Shown here piece by piece: positions 1-12,273 of a DNA stretch of 64,000 nucleotides (positions are counted from its first letter, which is position 1; each line of letters starts with the position of its first letter). Location: contig JAQGDQ010000015.1 in assembly GCA_030141605.1 (NCBI GenBank), positions 682,001 to 746,000 of the forward strand, written 5' to 3'. Origin of the DNA: Tubiluchus corallicola. Its lineage: Eukaryota; Animalia; Priapulida. The position numbers and the translations under genes are program-made. Under the pieces are notes generated by a model. That model worked only from the letters and a program-made list of their open reading frames with translations, was not told where the DNA came from and did not search any database.

Positions 1-208
1 CGTAACGAAACTTCAATACAAATTTTAGACTAGAAACACTAAAATATCAATCACTGAAAACTACTTTGTTTTAATTAATGCCGAGTATTAACACTGTAGA
101 AATCAAACACTTTATTCTGAGTTAATAATCAACTCACATGTGTAATCTTCTAACAGAAGAAATGACAACAGTTGGAGACTTAAGACAAGATTTGTACAAC
201 ATCCTAAC

Positions 209-421
209 CTTGTCTGATGAATCCTGTACTCCCAAAGCTGTTGCAGCTTCTTCAATACCACTGTCTCTTGCATCTAACATGATCTGTTTCCTAATTTTGT
301 CGGCCTGAGGTTTAACGAGGATGTCTTCTATACCAAGAGTAAAGCCTCGCCTCGTCAGAAAAGCAGTAAACAACCGGGTAAAAGCTGTCAGCAACTGACA
401 TGCCGTCTCTCCACCATACAA
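209..421 (-). CDS. POLR1A: POLR1A coding exon 11 (LYGG...[11 protein letters not shown]...SSDK)
   Basis: AG acceptor at 423-422, GT donor at 208-207, phase 0/0; conserved GFTLGIEDI motif. Confidence 0.93.
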
Positions 422-3400
422 CTAAGATTAGTGTAGAAAAATATTTTTTTTGTATATTTTTTTTCTGGAATGGATTCAGAATCACTAATTTCATATCAAG
501 TAACTTAATCGACAATTTATATGTTCATTAAGTATCAGCGATCTAAAAAAAGATGAGCCCAACATACCTGAAAAGCTTCACTTTAGTCTGATTAGATTTT
601 AAAAGTTTTACAAAAAAGGCTTTAAAAACTAGTTGAACTATCAGAAGAGATTAAGTACACATTTATGGCTATGAAAACCAAGCTCATTACTTAACACATT
701 TGCAAGTGATTTGCAATTGTGATTTCATTTGACCACACTAACTATAAACATGAGAAACAGCTGCTGTAGTCTATTTCAGTGCACTAGTATGGAAAGTAAA
801 TATTAATGCAATTAACTATAACACATACACGTTACAGCCGAATGTAAAGATTACATTACAATCTAAGCAAGACAGTAAGAGTCTCAGTAGACCTGCCAAT
901 CAAAGTATGAGTAATGCAGAAACAGTATCATTAATTAAATCTGCCTGTCAAAAAATGCTCACCTCATAGCAACAGTGAACAAGACTATACGGAGTAGCTC
1001 CATAAGCATTTTTGTCCAAAACACCAACTAAGAGTTCACCATGTCTTATGATAACAGTGCTTTCACACATGCAGTTTTCCTCTGGCAAAGGTTTGCCACA
1101 TTTCCAGTTTCTTGCCGGTTCCCTTTGCCAGTGCTTGCTTGATATTTTAGTTGCTCCCTCCAATGTTAAGGGAACTTTTCCCGATGGAACTAGATTTAAC
1201 AAAACTGTAGAAACAAGCTGCTTGCCAGACCAAAGTTTTACCGGTTTAACAATAGACGGCAACAGGAGGCGAAACCTGTACTGATGGCGTGGCAAAGCAC
1301 TATATACCAAATTCTGATATTCTTCTTTGGTGAAAAACCGACCTCTTACTGTCATGCTTACACCCGAAACCATGTGATCCTGAATCAATCCACCAAGAGG
1401 TGTCCCGTCTTTTGGACCGAGGTACTGTTTGTAGTTAATCGCAATGTTATAAGCTTCCGATCTAGCAACTTCACTTTGTGGAAAATGTACATTCATTTCA
1501 TCCCCATCGAAATCAGCATTATATGACTTACAGTTTGCATAATGTAGTCGCAATGTCTTTTCTCCGGGCAGCACCCTTGCTTTATGTGCCATTATACTAG
1601 GACGATGCAGCGTTGGCTGCCGATTCACTAACAGAACATCACCATTGTGCAAATGCCTGTACACCTGCTTTACGGCCATCAACTTGTGCAGAGTATTTTC
1701 GGGTGTCATCAGACGCTTGGCAATGGATACACGCTCCGCTTTCTTCATTTTGTCCAATAAGATCTTTGACCCGTTTTCGTTTACGATGAGGGATGCGCCT
1801 GGGTGCTTGTTAGGCCCATTTATGACCAACTTTCGTAACATTTCCACATTCCAGGGCGTCACGGGAGTTGGAAAGGTAAGCTTTTTGGCAAAAATATCTG
1901 GAATTCCAATCTCTTCTACACCAATGCAAGGGTCTGGCGAAATCACAGTGCGGGCGGCATAATTAACACGCTTTCCCATCATGTGTTTTCTAAATAAGCC
2001 CTCTTTCTTCTCCAATACCTAAAGATAAGGCAAATATTTGTAATTCATATTTAATCAAATCAACTTTGTTGTTAAGTTTACCAACTTGAAAACAGAAGAT
2101 CTAAATGTTGTTAAATGTTTTTGCAAAAAAAGAATGTAGCAAGGAAATGGCAAAGTGGTAAGGTATGTGTCTGACTATGAAGTTAAGCAGTGCTGGGCTT
2201 GATCAGGAAATAAATATTAACCCCTAAGAAAAGTCATCCTAGACAGTTTCATTTATTAAATAGCCCCAGGCTGTTTTTCTCATTAAGGGAAATGTACACA
2301 TAAAATGTACACATACCATGAACTGAACATGGCTAATACATCTCTGCCACTTCAGTACAGTATTATCACAAGTCATTACCATTAATAAATCTGCATTATA
2401 AGCTAGAGTCTAACTGCATTATAAGCAAGATTCTAACTCACTGACTAACAGTAAAAAAAGGATAGGTTTATCATTTAAAAAACTTAGTTTCAACAGAAAT
2501 AAAATAGTCCCAGCCACATCGATCATCAATATTGAAGACCTGCATCAATCAAATTTCAGTAGTTGTTTTGGCTATTTTATTTTTGTTGAAAAAAAACCAC
2601 ATACAAACAACGACTCTGAATTTGGTAAAATCGGCAACATGTGTGACTATCATAAGTGCTTCAATCAATGAAACTTGAGGAAACTAGGCAACACAATTTG
2701 GTCCAATGGCAGAAAATTAAGCTGCCTCAGTCAGCTGTACAATAGTAACTGTAGTTATATAACATATTTAACAGAAAGACTTGGAACATAATGAACAGTG
2801 ACACATGCAGACACAGCAATATATGTTGAAAACTGATGAAAAGGCTAGCATAGTTTTAAGACAATGAGATAATCCATGTTTTCTAAATAAATTTTTCCTA
2901 CCTGTCTTATACCAGCATGTCTTTCTTTAGATAGTTTATCTAGCTCACAGTCTATAAAACCATTTACATGAGTTTGTAGTAATATCCAAGCATTCTGAAG
3001 CTTCTGTGTTGGAGTCTGGCCAACGACACTTTTATATTGCGCTGATGGCTGTAAAAAATCAACTTCACTCACTCATTACTGTAGTATTTTGAAGTAAGCA
3101 ATACCAACAAAAAATCAATTACCTACAGCAATTAAAAGTAATTAAAAATGATTAAAGCACTTTCATTGATCAATACATACAACAAAAGATAATTAATGAC
3201 AGTTCTACAATCTGCCTATTTTTGAAACAATAATATTACCTTAAAAAAATCATGCTCTTTTAACTAATTTCATTCAACAAATTGATGCTTAGTTTTCCAC
3301 AAAAGCTATTATGGTTAGTATCTGGTTTATCACTGAGGTGGGTTATGCTAGACTTGAGCTGCACTGTTAAAATTACATATCCTATATAGGACAGGTTTTT

Positions 3401-6400
3401 GAAAAATTCGTGTTTATGTTCTTCACCTAAAATATTTACGCATTAACATGGCTTAAACCTAATTGTATAAACTTAGAAAAGGGAACATTTAAAAAAGGAA
3501 AACAAAATGCTAAATTGCAGACCTATCACAGGATTAATAGGAATAACAGCATGCATACCTCAATTTCTTTATCAGGTTCCTTCTCTTGATCACGAATAAC
3601 ACAAAGAATCTCTCGTATCACGATGGAATCAGTCAGGATTTTGTTGAGGTTCGAAGTTTGAGAGTTCTCAAATTTCGAATCATTCAGAAAGCTTAACTGA
3701 AATGGAGAACAAATCTGTAACATTACAAATCACAAATGAGTTCATCAAAAACTAAAAACTCGGGCACTCTACCAAGTAAAGATATAACTAAAATTTAATG
3801 ATATTCTAATGCTACATGTAATTACAGCCTATTCTAATATTAAAGAAACAGATGACCAATGAGTTACCAGATCGGCATTACTGTGACAGCAAATGCGTAA
3901 CCCATTCATCATGCCATGCACTGGCTTTTGCAACAAATCTATGTACTATTCAATTGCCACTTAAATTTAAATACTGTTTAAAACGTACAGGGCGAAACTT
4001 ATTTGGCGGCACTGGTACTACATCCAGGAAAAAGATGTCGGTCGGATTCGGATGACTGGCCGCATGAGACTCAAAGACGGGATAAAGCTTGCGCAAAATT
4101 TTTGAATCCTTTTTCCATACAGCCTGTAATTGTGCTCGAGCATCTAGTGGAGTGAGAAAACTGAAAAGATGAGAAAAATGTGTTAGCATTTGAAAGCTGA
4201 AATACGCAATATTTACAGGTCAATGAATCAAAATTTTTAATATTAAGTTAATGCAGAATGGCAAAAAATATCTTCATCATTTTAGGTCATTCATTTTAGT
4301 GACTGCACCAGTATAATCTGAATACTTATTTACCCACTGCAACTCACAGCTTAATAAATGTAAGAAAACTTGTTAAAGTTTATGAAGCAAAGCTGTCTTC
4401 TGCTAGCTGCTTCATATTACCATCATTGCACAATAATAGGGTGTGCTATATGGTTATTACAGACAGTGAGCTGGCAGGACTAATATGCACAAAAATCTAG
4501 TGACAAAACAGATATACCCAGCAGTTAGTTCTGCAAATACTAGACTCTAATATGCTAAAGGCTTGTCTGCATCTTTTTTGTTTTAATATGACTAATCTCC
4601 GATGAAAACAAATAAATGCATGTCACTGATCACATACCTTGGTTCAGCAAAGATCCTACAGTACATTACTTAAGAATAATACAACTGTTTCATGTTTTAC
4701 TAAAGCAACACTCGTGATTTCAACAACTATTATAGCATACTAAAAAATTTATGCCTCTTCCCAACTAAACTTAGAAGTAAGTAGTCAAAGTATAATAGTG
4801 GCAATGTGTAACATCCTCTGCCTTCAACAAAATACCTCATTTTGTAATTTGACTTTAAAATTTGTTTTTAATCTGTTAAAAACTTTACCAAGTTCTTGTG
4901 TACCTACTTTTACTTCATTCCAAACCTAGAACTGTTTAGTAGTTTACACATACGTTTGTCCCATTAGGCTGCATATATCTTTTTCGGTAGCATCATCTTC
5001 TGCACCATCTTCATGACGATCTTCAGCATTATTATCACCTTCCGGGCTAAAAATTAGTTTAAATGCAGATGTTAGAGAAGAAGCGACCACCAGAAAATGT
5101 TTGCAGCCATTAAGAAAGTTGTCAAAATTAAGAGGTATTGGGGGGAAACTTAAGAAAGCTAACCAACAGGCATTCTCTAAGGGAACAATACATTTGATGG
5201 TCAAGGAGCGATAAGCTACATTTACGGACAATGAGGAGAGAACAGCACAGTAAAATCTGCAAAAGCCAATGCGTGGCATCTAGCACTCTACAGTTGTGAG
5301 CATGAACTCTCGCAGTGAATATGAGTGATATCCATACACTACATACTAGAGATGTATGCAGGGGATCAGCTGGACAAACCGCCATGCCACATTAATCAAT
5401 CTATCCTGGAAAAGATGGAAATAGAGGAGTTTGTGACGATCATGAAGCTGCAGAAACCGTCAACTCTTACTTTTCGTATTCTTTCTTCCCCTACCCATGC
5501 AGAGAATATGTAAAGTTCCTACGAATAGGACAAACTGGAACCACAGGTTGAAATAAATACAACCAGCTACTCTGCTTGCTCACAGTTAACTGTTTATATT
5601 ATCTACTAGACAGGAAAATATTTCTATACTAGCACAAACTTGATACTAAAAACAAAAACAACAAACAAACTTGCAACTAAAGATAAAATTAAAGACAAAA
5701 GCAACAAAACGTATCAGAATACTTGACAGGCTAATAAAGTTCAGGTTTGACAACCATATAAGCATAGCGCAAGTCAAAAAAACAATTAGCATTTATTACA
5801 CTCAATAACTATTACATCATTTGGTACTACAAAGGAGGTACTTTTTTCAAACTGAAGTTTATAAAGTAAATCTGTGCCACAGGAGAGTAACCCATCGATG
5901 GAAGGATAGAGGCTTTGTTTAAGAATTTAAAACTAGAAAAAAAAAACAAGCACATATTAATTCTGCAGTTAGTAAACTCCAAGTACAACCATCACCTGCT
6001 CTTTAGTGTTTTGTTTTTTCTTTGTTGCACGATGTTGATAGCTTGTTTGTTGCTCAATCCTCTGGTAAACATGACTCTGCTATTATATTCCGTTCTCATC
6101 GTTCTGCAACAAATATTGCAATTTTATTTCAAAAAGCACAAGCAGAATATAAAAACATCAGCTTACAGGCTTGCTCCCTGCTCACCCTACGCTTTTGTAT
6201 ATTGTGAAGAACTATGTGATACTGCTATAAAAAAAGTAAATTGGCCTTGGGCAACTGCAATAGGTCCCAGGAGTTAGGAAAATGAATTAGCCTTGTAACT
6301 TTTCAGATATTGTTGCATCTGTTAGAATTTATGGTACGTAAAATGCTGCTATAAACTATCGTGTATTGAAAAGTCTGTCATAAAAGTTTAGGAGTTTGTT

Positions 6401-9400
6401 GTGATTGTGTTCACTTTACGACGTGTTTAGAGAAGCTGGTACTCCTACCCCAGCACCTCCATTTCGTTGAGAACAGATATTACAAGAAAGTGCAGAAAGC
6501 AGGATTGTACGTGACTTTAAATTTTCAGAATGACAAGTAAGTTTCATGCCTTTTGCTTTGCTGTATGCATAATCACAGTTACGTCGGATCAAATGCCGTG
6601 TCAAACTGTGGAATGCCCACTGCTCAGGAATTGTAAATGCAGCTTAGGAGTAAACAAGTGTCCAGAAGTGATTTGCAAGCATCTGAATGAATCACAGCTG
6701 TCTGAAGACTTACAAGCCATCAATCAACCAATAAACTCATTGGAAATATGGGACTTTTTCGGAAAAAACTTTCCAGTAAAGTTTCTGGATGGAAAGACAA
6801 TCAACATTTTAAGCATAAACAATGCTGATAGACTGTGCAGACTGAAAAAAGACTCATTTGGCATAGCGAGCATAAAGATGTTCAGCCTGTGTTTAAATGA
6901 TCAACTGGAATATATCCACCCACAAGCACTTTTGCCACTAAGAGATCTAGAAGCTATAGGTATAACAGAAAATCCAAATTTGGACATATCAGAGCTGGAC
7001 TTGTCAACAGCAAACAAACTCAAATTTCTCAGCCTCAAACAAAACAAAATAAAAGAGTTAAGAAAACCAGTTCTTCATGCGCAGGTAAAGCCAGAAAATG
7101 TCACACTAGATTTAACAGGTAAGAAAATATTTTTAAGTATGTATTTTTTGCATTGATCAGTTATAAGCATGAATACAAGGCAGTGAAATTGTACATTCAT
7201 TCATTGTTTCTTTAGCAACAGTATTGGGAAAAACCCTTCCACAGCTTAAAAATTAAATACATAACATGTATTTGAGCATTAATTATTCCTAATTAAAATT
7301 ATAATATCATGAAATATTCATTACAGATAAAAACATGTTATGCTACAATAAATAAAAAAATAAAATTTGCAGTACTATAACATATAACAACTGACAGTAA
7401 AACAGTGCAAAATCAGCAAACGATGCATTAGTAAAGTGTATAATTAAAATAAATATTTTTTCTGTAACGTGTTCCAGTTTTAGATGAGAAATCCCGAGCA
7501 TCAGCTGGGGTGCTACACAAAAGATCTGGTGATTCACTCACTGTCCACTTATACTTTTTTCAACTCTAAAAACTCTTTTTCCAGCTGAGTTAATATTTGA
7601 TAAGATGATTTGTTAGAATTAATTTATAAAACTGGCAAAGAAAATATTGAAAAAAAAATTGTATGCCTAAACCCCTCTTTCCGCTAATAATAGCTACTGG
7701 AACTATAAGCAAATTAATCATTGCACCTTGTGTACAGTATGCAGTCACTTCTAACTAGTTACTTTAGCCCACTTCAAATACTGCAAAACCACATTTACAG
7801 TCTGGTTGGGTCTGATTAGGAGTAATCACAGTCCTTTGATCAGTGAATTACAGTTGATACAACAGGGCCATGTCACGTGACATAGGCAACGGTGAAAAAA
7901 TAGGTTTATGCCAATAACTTGAAAAGTACAGTACATAGTCACAAAAATTGCAGGGTAGGCAGTTGGATTAGGGGCTCAGGCAATGGCATGGTGTGTAGTG
8001 ACCAATATCTACATCAGCAGTTATTTGTCATTTTCTGCTTGCCTACAAGCATTGCCATTCTGTGTGAGTTAAACATGCCACAACTAACCTGGATAAGATC
8101 TGCTTTTAATAAACAAGACTATAATTTTCATAACGAACTAATTATGTGACTAATTTATTTTTTTCATAATTATAGGCTGTTTTATATTATAGGCAATTTT
8201 TTGCTATGTGACTGCCATTTGCAATGGCTGAAAAGTTCAACATGGAAAGACCTTCGGGCCACATGCCAAAACACAATAACTGGTGAAGTTCAAGATATTA
8301 GCAGCCCAGACGAGGATGCCTTCAAATGTTCAATCAAGAATAATAGTGGCAAAGTTAATAAGAGACAGTATGGAATAGCAACCCTTGTGGTTGTTAGTTA
8401 TTTCGTCTTGCATTGCTTAGATAAACTTTAGTACAAAAAAAGATGATTAATGATAGTAAAATGGCCATAAGAAGCTTAAAAGTAGGGATAAATAATTAAC
8501 ATTGCATGTACTTATTTTTGTAATTTTTGCAAGAGTATTATACAAACTTACATTAAAACTGTTTTTGCAAAAATACTAAATAAACTCAAATATTTACAAC
8601 TAACAATTTTTGTATAGGCAGTGACTGCAGTACTCCATGCAAGATCAAGTGGTCAATTTTTACAGCTTCAAACAGAGAGGTCAAGAGGCATTTTGTTCAA
8701 CTATTACAGAGAGTAGTATAATCAGCAAGCTTAGAGAGTACTGAGTCAATGATGAACAGAGAGACAATTTAATAGGTTTCATTATAGATCCCTGAGGAAT
8801 GCCAGCATTGACCTCTTATACAGACAAAGCCTTTAATTCATAAATAACTTGCATTCTACAGTTGCTGAAATATGATGATACCAAGAACAAACTATTACTC
8901 TCTAGGTGCATGAGTGAAGTTTGTGGAGCACTCATTTCTGCCAGACATTATTATCAAAAGCTTTGGAGGATGTTAAAAGCTATTAACTTAGTCTTGCCTT
9001 GGCAATCTAAAACACTCTATTTAGTGCTCCAGAATTAAGCATTGGTGCACAAAAAATGTATTAACGGCACATTTACAGTCCACAACAGCGGCATATAGCA
9101 GCTCGCAAGTGTTTACTTTATGCTTAAACTTACCTACGAGGAGTGCCACAGTGTGAGCACTTTTTTGTACTTTTATTCATATATGTTCGGATGAAATTTT
9201 GTATCAGATTGTGACGTACACCAATAATGTTCTTGATAGACGATTCTTCCAAGTCCCATTTTTTACCTGGAAAGGTTCAAAGAAAGATTAAATTTTACAA
9301 TTCCCAACACACAAAAAATTAGTTCTTGAAGCGGATTAGGGGTAGAGTTAAGATTAGCATATTTAAATTATGTGTGCAATTGTACACTCCTTCCCAAAGA

Positions 9401-11266
9401 AAAATAATTTTCTTGAAAACACATTTAACTTGCCTGCAAAACCTGGAATTTAAAAACAGTACAAAGCATTAATGTCAACTAGCAGGTCATCGTGAGTTTT
9501 CATGATTGTGATAGTTATACGTAATTCACTAATTACTTAAGTTATCAAAGCATATCAGTCAACATAACAAGAATATTAAAATTTCAAATGAAAAGGTTAG
9601 ATTTTTCTCATAAAAACAAGGTTCAGCAGAAGACAAAATTTCAACCATCAGATTGTGCACAGCCCTTTTTGTCGGTTTAAATGATTTTTATTAGTCGATA
9701 TTGAATGATTAAAAATGTTGAGACTGACACAAATATTATTAGTAATTATATTATATTATTACTTATAATATTACATTATTATTATACTACAAAAGGTATA
9801 TTTTCTGGATGTGTACTAGATAGAATTTTGTCGACTTCTTCATCCAGTGCTCTTTTGATAAGTTCACTGCAGTTCGGTGAGCCAGCATATTCCGAAACAG
9901 CCGAAGCCATCAAGCTTTCAAGAGTGCTCACATCACTAATTCGACCATGCTCAAGTAACTGTAGTTGACTGACCAACAGATGGCAGTGGTGTTCCTGCAC
10001 AACGAGCTTGTGACAACAAAAACAAGTGCTCCGAAGGACCTAATGCAAATGCAAAGCAGAATGAGTACTAGTTAGTGTTTACTTGTGCAGCTAGAATCAG
10101 ACTCATTACTTTATACCAGTCGGGTATCCAGCTACCCGATTGTTAGGTATCAGCAGTAGTGCAGAGAAACTGAAATCATTTTGTAAACACAAAGCTGCCA
10201 GGTGTGACTCCTGGTATTAGATATCTTACCTATAAACAATCAGTTATTATAACCTATAAAGTTTCACGACTTGTGTTTTTGCTTTTATCTAGACTTCTTA
10301 ATTACTATGCACGCTCTGTCAATGAGTCAGCTACATGTGCATTCGTCATCCGCTTGATTAAAGTAGTTTGATCTGACAAACACTTCCAATGAATTTTTAC
10401 TGCTGGTTTGTTGAGGCTGTACAGTTGAGATACAAGCAGCTCAAATACATTATATAACTCTTGGAATGTGAACTTGCGCAAACCGTTCTAGCATGCTGCC
10501 ATGCAGTTATAACACATTTCTGTGTAGGAGGCAGTTAAACTTAAAAGGTTTAAAATATGGATGTCGTATTAACAATAATGGCTGCACTTTTACATTTACT
10601 TGGGCACCCAGGCACACGATACAAGCACTAACGTAACAACGCTTCACAACATAGAGATAAGTAAACTTCACAACAAAAAACTGCAGGTCAGATATTATTT
10701 GAAAGCCACTTACTTGGTACATTACATTGAAAAAGACAGGATTAAATACTGGCACACTTAATGTAATATGACCCATATGTCCTGGACAGAATACTTGGTT
10801 GAGACTGCATGTTGCACACACGTCCCATCTATCAACTGGCCCTACCAAGGATAAGTAAAGTTTAAAAGCATATTAGACATTTATACTAACTTATTCGCAA
10901 TATGACAGTTGCGTACAAATAGCTCCATGATTCCCTAAATAGCAAAAATGACAAGAGATGAAACACTAAAAAGTGAATTGCTGGTATAGTAAAACTACAA
11001 ATCTTCTGAATTTAACAGTAAATTGGTCATCCATGATAGGTATGACATAAATGCACAAGTGTATACACAATGATATTCAACAAACTAAATATATTTAACT
11101 TACCAAGATGTAAATCATGTAAACCATTTTCACGTGCATGGCCAAGATCATCAAAGGTTTGTGGATTTGTAATTTCTTTCACACTGAGAGCCAATATCTC
11201 ATCTGTGCTGTATGTGCCAAAGGACACTCGACATAGCTGATTCGTAGGAACTTCTCGACTGAACAT
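209..11266 (-). CDS. POLR1A: DNA-directed RNA polymerase I largest subunit (RPA1), 5' portion, 11 coding exons; continues beyond window start
   Basis: Exons join in frame via GT-AG introns: 11266-11104, 10841-10714, 10039-9817, 9266-9134, 6103-5996, 5046-4954, 4160-3989, 3696-3559, 3048-2902, 2018-963, 421-209. Motifs: CxxC...[54 protein letters not shown]. The [15 protein letters not shown] and [17 protein letters not shown] forms are Pol I type. Confidence 0.97.
963..2018 (-). CDS. POLR1A: POLR1A coding exon 10, catalytic region (NADFDGD)
   Basis: 1056-nt exon [18 protein letters not shown]...HCCYE; AG at 2020-2019, GTGAG donor at 962. Confidence 0.97.
2902..3048 (-). CDS. POLR1A: POLR1A coding exon 9 (PSAQ...LQTHVN...GIRQ)
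   Basis: TTTTTTACAG acceptor, CAG|GTAGGA donor; GIRQ joins VLEKKEG of the next exon. Confidence 0.9.
3559..3696 (-). CDS. POLR1A: POLR1A coding exon 8 ([14 protein letters not shown]...KEIE)
   Basis: TTTCAG acceptor, GAG|GTATGC donor, phase 0/0; continues the FRP motif of exon 7. Confidence 0.88.
3989..4160 (-). CDS. POLR1A: POLR1A coding exon 7 (FLTP...[15 protein letters not shown])
   Basis: Conserved [15 protein letters not shown] motif; TTTTCAG acceptor, GTACGT donor. Confidence 0.93.
4954..5046 (-). CDS. POLR1A: POLR1A coding exon 6 (acidic linker PEGDNNAED...MGQT)
   Basis: TTTTAG acceptor, GTATGT donor; phase 2/2 fits both neighbouring exons. Confidence 0.8.
5070..5490 (+). mobile_element. 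Decayed RTE-like non-LTR retrotransposon fragment (ORF2 C-terminal region)
   Basis: Frameshifted remnants W.LALYSCE and [16 protein letters not shown] resemble RTE ORF2 motifs LYGCE and ISWxDRxxNxxVL. Confidence 0.55.
5996..6103 (-). CDS. POLR1A: POLR1A coding exon 5 ([14 protein letters not shown]...)
   Basis: TTGCAG acceptor, AG|GTGATG donor; RxExNSR motif following the CxxC of exon 4. Confidence 0.87.
6226..6232 (+). promoter_or_regulatory. Candidate TATA box of the nested LRR gene
   Basis: TATAAAA upstream of a possible 5' UTR exon ending at donor G|GTACGT (6333/6334), which would splice to TTTTCAG (6528) just before the ATG. Confidence 0.35.
6530..7118 (+). CDS. Nested secreted leucine-rich-repeat protein, coding exon 1 (signal peptide, LRRNT, ~6 LRRs)
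   Basis: Hydrophobic N-terminus, Cys cap CQTVECP..CKC..C...VIC, LxxLxLxxN repeats ([28 protein letters not shown]); donor CAG|GTAAGA at 7118/7119, phase 1. Confidence 0.9.
8193..8431 (+). CDS. Nested LRR protein, coding exon 2 (LRRCT and hydrophobic, GPI-signal-like C-terminus)
   Basis: TTATAG acceptor; the splice gives [17 protein letters not shown] (LRRCT consensus NxxxCDCxLxWL); ends NNSG...[19 protein letters not shown]-stop; AATAAA at 8579. Confidence 0.88.
9134..9266 (-). CDS. POLR1A: POLR1A coding exon 4 ([14 protein letters not shown]...KKCSHCG)
   Basis: TTTCCAG acceptor, AG|GTAAGT donor; CxxC of the second clamp zinc site. Confidence 0.88.
9817..10039 (-). CDS. POLR1A: POLR1A coding exon 3 ([12 protein letters not shown]...DKILS)
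   Basis: LRxxCxxCH motif; the 3' boundary is less certain (weak phase-1 donor A|GTACAC). Confidence 0.82.
10714..10841 (-). CDS. POLR1A: POLR1A coding exon 2 ([20 protein letters not shown])
   Basis: Clamp zinc motif; TAG acceptor, CAA|GTAAGT donor. Confidence 0.95.
11104..11266 (-). CDS. POLR1A: POLR1A first coding exon (MFSRE...[17 protein letters not shown]...GLHDLHLG)
   Basis: RPA1 N-terminal motif SVKxIxNPxxxDxxG..GLxDxxLG; G|GTAAGT donor. Confidence 0.93.
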
Positions 11267-11326
11267 TCTTCAGTTAGAAGAAAATCTTAGGTTACAGATA
11301 GCAACTTTGATGACAGTTCCATTATA

Positions 11327-12273
11327 CAGTAGGAGCTGCTTAACAGACTCACAGTTAATAGACTCAATCGCTTAATTGACTCAAGAACGCCTGGAATGGG
11401 CCGCTACTATTCAAATATACATAAGATCTATCGGTAATTGACTCATTATTTTTCCTTCACCTACTTAAAATAAGACGTTTGTATGTGCTAAAAGAGCCTT
11501 TCCTACTTTTATGTCATCTCATCTTTACTTCCCTTTTGTGCACTATATATGCAGAAATGCTCATGTTAAGTACCGTTTTGTTTATAAGCAGGTACGTTTA
11601 TCATGCACTAATACACTAGCGTAGCAGTTTTGCTTTGAATCTGTTACCTGCTGGCCCATTGTTACCCAAAGAATTTCTGGAAGCTAAATATTTAATCACT
11701 TGCCTAGCAGTTTCCTTTTGATGCTCTCATTGCAAATCATGCTTTCAGGCTTAATGGCTTAACAGTCAAAGATGCAGATACAGTAATCAGCCGGTATTCC
11801 TTGTGACTTACAAGAGTAAAGATCGTACAGCAAAAAAGGGCAATGTAAGTGAGCAGACAATTCAGAACTGTTTTAGTCACGCACAACAACACGACTTTCA
11901 ACGTTTTTATAATTACGAGAACTTTGTGGGCCAACTTCTTCGCGAGAAAATGAAGCAGCCGACTTTGAAGGAATTTTTGCAAATAAAAAGACTTAGAAAA
12001 GTCTGTGATTTAGAAAAGTATACATTTTAATTTATTGCTAATTCACTTATATAAATTAATATTTTAAAATATTTTTTCTAATTTTTAACTGCACAAAGGA
12101 ATTTAGGCATTACTTCGTTTCTAAAATCCATTAAAGACCTTTGCAGTGCATAGTAAGCTGATGATTCATACTGCTATATGTGTAATACTACACCCATCGG
12201 TTAATAGGTTTAGTCGGTTAATTGGGTCAAAACACGTCGGTCCCAAAGTGAGTCTATTAAGCGGCGCCTACTG
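11327..12273 (+). mobile_element. Non-autonomous Tigger/pogo-type DNA transposon, 947 bp
   Basis: TIRs CAGTAGGAGCTGCTTAACAGACTCAC and (reverse complement of right end) CAGTAGGCGCCGCTTAATAGACTCAC, with TA on both sides; internal remnant VSEQTIQNCF...KQPTLKEF matches pogo/Tigger transposase C-terminus. Confidence 0.88.

Noticed and set aside
1012-1962. Plus-strand ORFs overlapping the large POLR1A exon
   Set aside because: Antisense shadows of coding sequence with no motifs
2145-2280. tRNA gene (A-box-like TGGCAAAGTGG)
   Set aside because: No intact B box or cloverleaf; at most a decayed tRNA-derived SINE
3845-3915. C/D box snoRNA (minus-strand ATGATGA)
   Set aside because: No CTGA D box at a suitable distance; retained only as a hairpin observation
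9791-9801. U12-type (AT-start) donor ATATACCTTT for POLR1A intron 3
   Set aside because: Deviates from RTATCCTT at +5 and +7, and the intron ends in a U2-type pyrimidine tract plus CAG
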